Shown one piece after another: positions 61,111 to 64,000 of a stretch of 64,000 nucleotides of DNA. Origin of the DNA: Octopus sinensis (Eukaryota); NCBI RefSeq assembly GCF_006345805.1, contig NC_042997.1, positions 137,330,001-137,394,000 on the forward strand, read 5' to 3'. The notes below the pieces were generated by a model. It was not told the origin of the DNA. It ran no database searches and saw only the letters and a program-made list of their open reading frames with translations. The stretch's first letter is position 1, and each line of letters begins with the position of its first letter. The position numbers were made by a program, and so were the translations under genes.

Positions 61111-61741
61111 AACATTTTTTTAAGGGGTGTTTTGTGGGAGGTACAAAAGGATGTCTTGCCGCGAAGAAGTACCAGTTATTTTTATAAGTTCCTTCATCGA
61201 CCGTTCCTTTTGTAAAGCTAAAACTTCCTCGTAATCATGCATGCGAAATGTTAAATAGCTGTATTATGGTGCGAGAAACGCTGTTGTGAGTAACACCTGG
61301 TCCGTTTTAAGAATATCCAGGTAGAAATATACAAGAGCGCGAAAGACAAGACGTTCGTTCACAGAAACTATCTTGGCATTGGATTTCTATGCAATTAGAT
61401 ATCTTAATTTAGAGAGTGGATTAAAATAAATATGTTGATTTTTCTTGGAGGTTAATCTTTACAGCTATTTAATCATCTCAGACAATACGGTAAAAGAATA
61501 ATGTGAAGTTGATGCGGATTTATTACCGATTTTTCACTCACTCAATCTGAGATTTATTTAATATTGCATTTAATAGTCAAGCGTGAGTTTTCAAAAATAC
61601 AATCAATATATGAGTTCAGAAACATTAGAAGTCAGAATATCAAAAGATAAAAATATTGTATCCGTGAATGAGGGGAGGAGAAATGCATAATTCTATCATT
61701 TACGCCATTATAAAAGCTTTAAAACAAATCTGGCAACTTAC

Positions 61742-61900
61742 CGTTCTCAGATGTAAACAATGATTGTGCCTTTTTAATGAAGGACTGGCAAAGAAAGAAT
61801 TGATCGAGTTGTTAGATTTTGAGTTTCGAAGGCTTTAACAACTTAATTCTTTGACATGAACATTCGTGTACCTGCTCTAGTACTAGTTCTCTTGGTAGCT
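61742..61900 (-). other. Candidate non-coding first exon of the ZNF gene
   Basis: Donor ACG|GTAAGT at 61742/61741 within CpG-retaining sequence. The 5' boundary is a guess. Confidence 0.4.
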
Positions 61901-62025
61901 GCGTAATAATTTTTTTTCTAACGACGTTTAGTTATTTTGCTTAGGAGATTTCTCTGGGTGCGACCGACTTTCAGTATTAATTGTAGCTATTAGACATAAA
62001 GGGACGTAACTTGTCGCTCTAACAA

Positions 62026-62220
62026 CTAAGGAAGGAGGTTATGTTTTTATCGGTGTTGGTTTGTCCGTCTGTGTGCAAAATAACTCAAAAAGTTTAGAAC
62101 GGTATTTAGTGAAACTTGCAGGAAAAGTTGGTAATGACACAAGGAATAGATGATAAAATATTGGTAGTGATCCGAGAATTCTTGAAGGATTTTTCATTTG
62201 TTATATTTACTTTACATGGT
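62026..62220 (+). mobile_element. Possible Helentron/HINE-type fragment
   Basis: aaggaggttatgtttt...gtttgtccgtctgtgtgcaaaataactcaaaaagt resembles DINE-like 5' ends (from recall only). Confidence 0.35.
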
Positions 62221-62654
62221 TACATTCTTTGATTATCTCCCTTGAAAATACGTTCATAGTTTCCACGTAACCTAGGGTGACGTTGCTGATTCCAAAGTTT
62301 GTTTTCGTTTCTCTATTAGTAATTTTACTCGCGTAAAATGACGTGTATTCAGCTGAATACAATTACTGCCGTTGTTTGTCAACAACAACTCTCGGCGGTG
62401 TATTTTTCATTTGTCACTGTTATTTATGACATCGTTCGTGCGTTTGTACTGGTTTTAGCTTTAATGTTTTAGGGTTAGGGTTTTCTTCTTTTTTTTTTTC
62501 AAGATGGAGAGTTATGGTTCTTTGACTATTTAATATCATTCCGTTTCAGTAAGGTAGCATTTTACAATTGTCATGCTGAAGTGACTTAGTTACCTTTCAC
62601 ATGAAATTAGTGTGAAAAAAACTGGTAATCCATCTACTTGAGCCAACTCTATAA

Positions 62655-63213
62655 ATAATAATAATAATGAAATTATTGTATACAGTGCTCAGGTGCACCA
62701 CAACTTGTCAGAAAGTGCATATAAAGTACATGCAGTAATGTAGAAATGTCTGGAAAGTGAACATGCTTGTGTGTGTATGGAGGGGAGAAAATCAAGTGTA
62801 GTGTTGGCGAATTTCAGGAAGCATGGAAGTCTTGAAGGATGCAGTGCTCCGACAACTAACAACCGATGCCGGCAGTTTGTTCCACGCTTCAGCAACTCTC
62901 AGCGTGAAAAAATGTTTCCTGAAGTCATGGGAGCTGTGCTGTTTTCTTACTTTGTAAATATGTCCACGGGTGTTAGATGGGTGGAGTTTGAAGAGGTGGT
63001 CAGTGTTATTGTTTGTGCGATGGTTGATAATTTTATGGGTGTCTGCCAAGTCAGCTGCCAGACGTCGGAGTTTCAATGTGTCCATGCCCAGGGAAGTAAG
63101 GCGTTCAGGATATGGCAAATGCCTGATGGAGGGTATTCTTTTGGTTGCACGTCGCTGAACAGCTTCCAGATGATTGATGTCATGGGCAAGATAGGGGTTC
63201 CAGACTGGTGTTA
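62655..63213 (-). mobile_element. 5'-truncated CR1-type LINE 3' end with (ATT)n tail
   Basis: PVWNPYLAHDINHLEAVQRRATK..LPYPERL..LKLRRLAADL..TRGH..KHFFTLRVAEAWNKLP. Confidence 0.88.
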
Positions 63214-63225
63214 TATTCCATTCAT

Positions 63226-63296
63226 CCTGAGCGTCAAACTAATACACCTGTTTGTCATTCCCTTACCTGTCTTCGTCTTTTGTTTTCTGTAAATTT
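63226..63296 (+). repeat. Tail of the 20950-21155 family, lacking the hammerhead part
   Basis: Similarity to 21075-21150. Confidence 0.5.
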
Positions 63297-64000
63297 GAGC
63301 TTTATAGTTATGGTAGTTGATTTCATTTTCATGTTTGATCATATGTGATTCACCCATCTACCAATTTTCTAGCAAGGGTTAACTGCTCATGTGATAATTC
63401 TAGAAAATTCCTGCTACAACGGCTTTATAAGAAACCGTTTTGGGGCTTTTAATCAAGAGTTCAACTTCCCTTGCTTCAGTCATGATAATTCTAGGCTTAA
63501 ACTGTTTTTAAGGCTTCATATTCAAACCAGATCAATTCCTCCTAATAGCTACTTTCACAGCTAATTGCCAACTTGGAGATGATGAAAAAAATCAGCATCA
63601 TACATTTTTACAGCAATGTGCCAATCAGTTTAACCGTTAAGATTTCAACTCCTGCCCACATGTTCTTATAATTTAACTCTGTTTTTCATGAAGCCCTGTA
63701 CAATTGTAGCAATAAATATGTATATAATTTCCTACCAAGTCTTGTCATAACTACTCGCTACACAGTTGTTTTTAGAAAATGTATATTATTTACTATTACT
63801 GATGACATGTTTAACTGTTGGACTTTTCTTGTCTCTATTTACTAATAATGTCTAATCTCAGTTGAGTATAAGAACAATAATTAGTCATAAAGATGTTCTA
63901 AGATTATGTATATATCTCTAGACAACACCATTTTTGTGCCTGGCCTTGGAGTGTTAACATGTCTCAAGAATTTCCAAGTGACATTAGATTTTCCAAAATG

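Noticed and set aside
62771-63292. 173-aa plus-strand ORF
   Set aside because: It is antisense to the CR1-type LINE fragment.

Overview
AT-rich, repeat-dense eukaryotic DNA. The repeat families and the tandem YHCDICGKSF-type zinc fingers suggest an Octopus-like coleoid cephalopod (inference, not database-checked). Two host genes are supportable. (i) At the left end, two phase-compatible minus-strand exons (2852-3032, 1548-1612) encode an unidentified protein with a signal-peptide-like N-terminus that continues beyond these exons, probably out of the window. (ii) At the right end, a minus-strand single-coding-exon gene encodes 11 C2H2 zinc fingers (58463-59497), with a candidate non-coding first exon near 61.7 kb. 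The ~55 kb between them is mostly transposable elements. It holds a young but crippled CsRn1/Kabuki-type Ty3/gypsy LTR element (6552-11114; 418-bp LTRs with 2 differences, TATC TSD, tRNA-Trp PBS), RTE, CR1-like, R4-like and Penelope-like retroelement relics, mariner (DD34D) and rosa (DD41D) transposons, non-autonomous Helitrons, hAT- and piggyBac-type MITEs, tRNA-headed SINEs and microsatellites. The leads most worth testing are: a minimal type-I hammerhead-ribozyme-like motif with a variant core (21029-21064); a decayed hammerhead-like motif inside a perfect 30-bp hairpin (11836-11948); a symmetric NRF1-ETS/ETS-NRF1 module in the LTRs; a ~280-bp inverted duplication just 3' of the ZNF gene (possible dsRNA/ADAR substrate); and a recursive-splice-like AG|GTAAGT site. 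No computation or database search was run; boundaries of old repeats are approximate.
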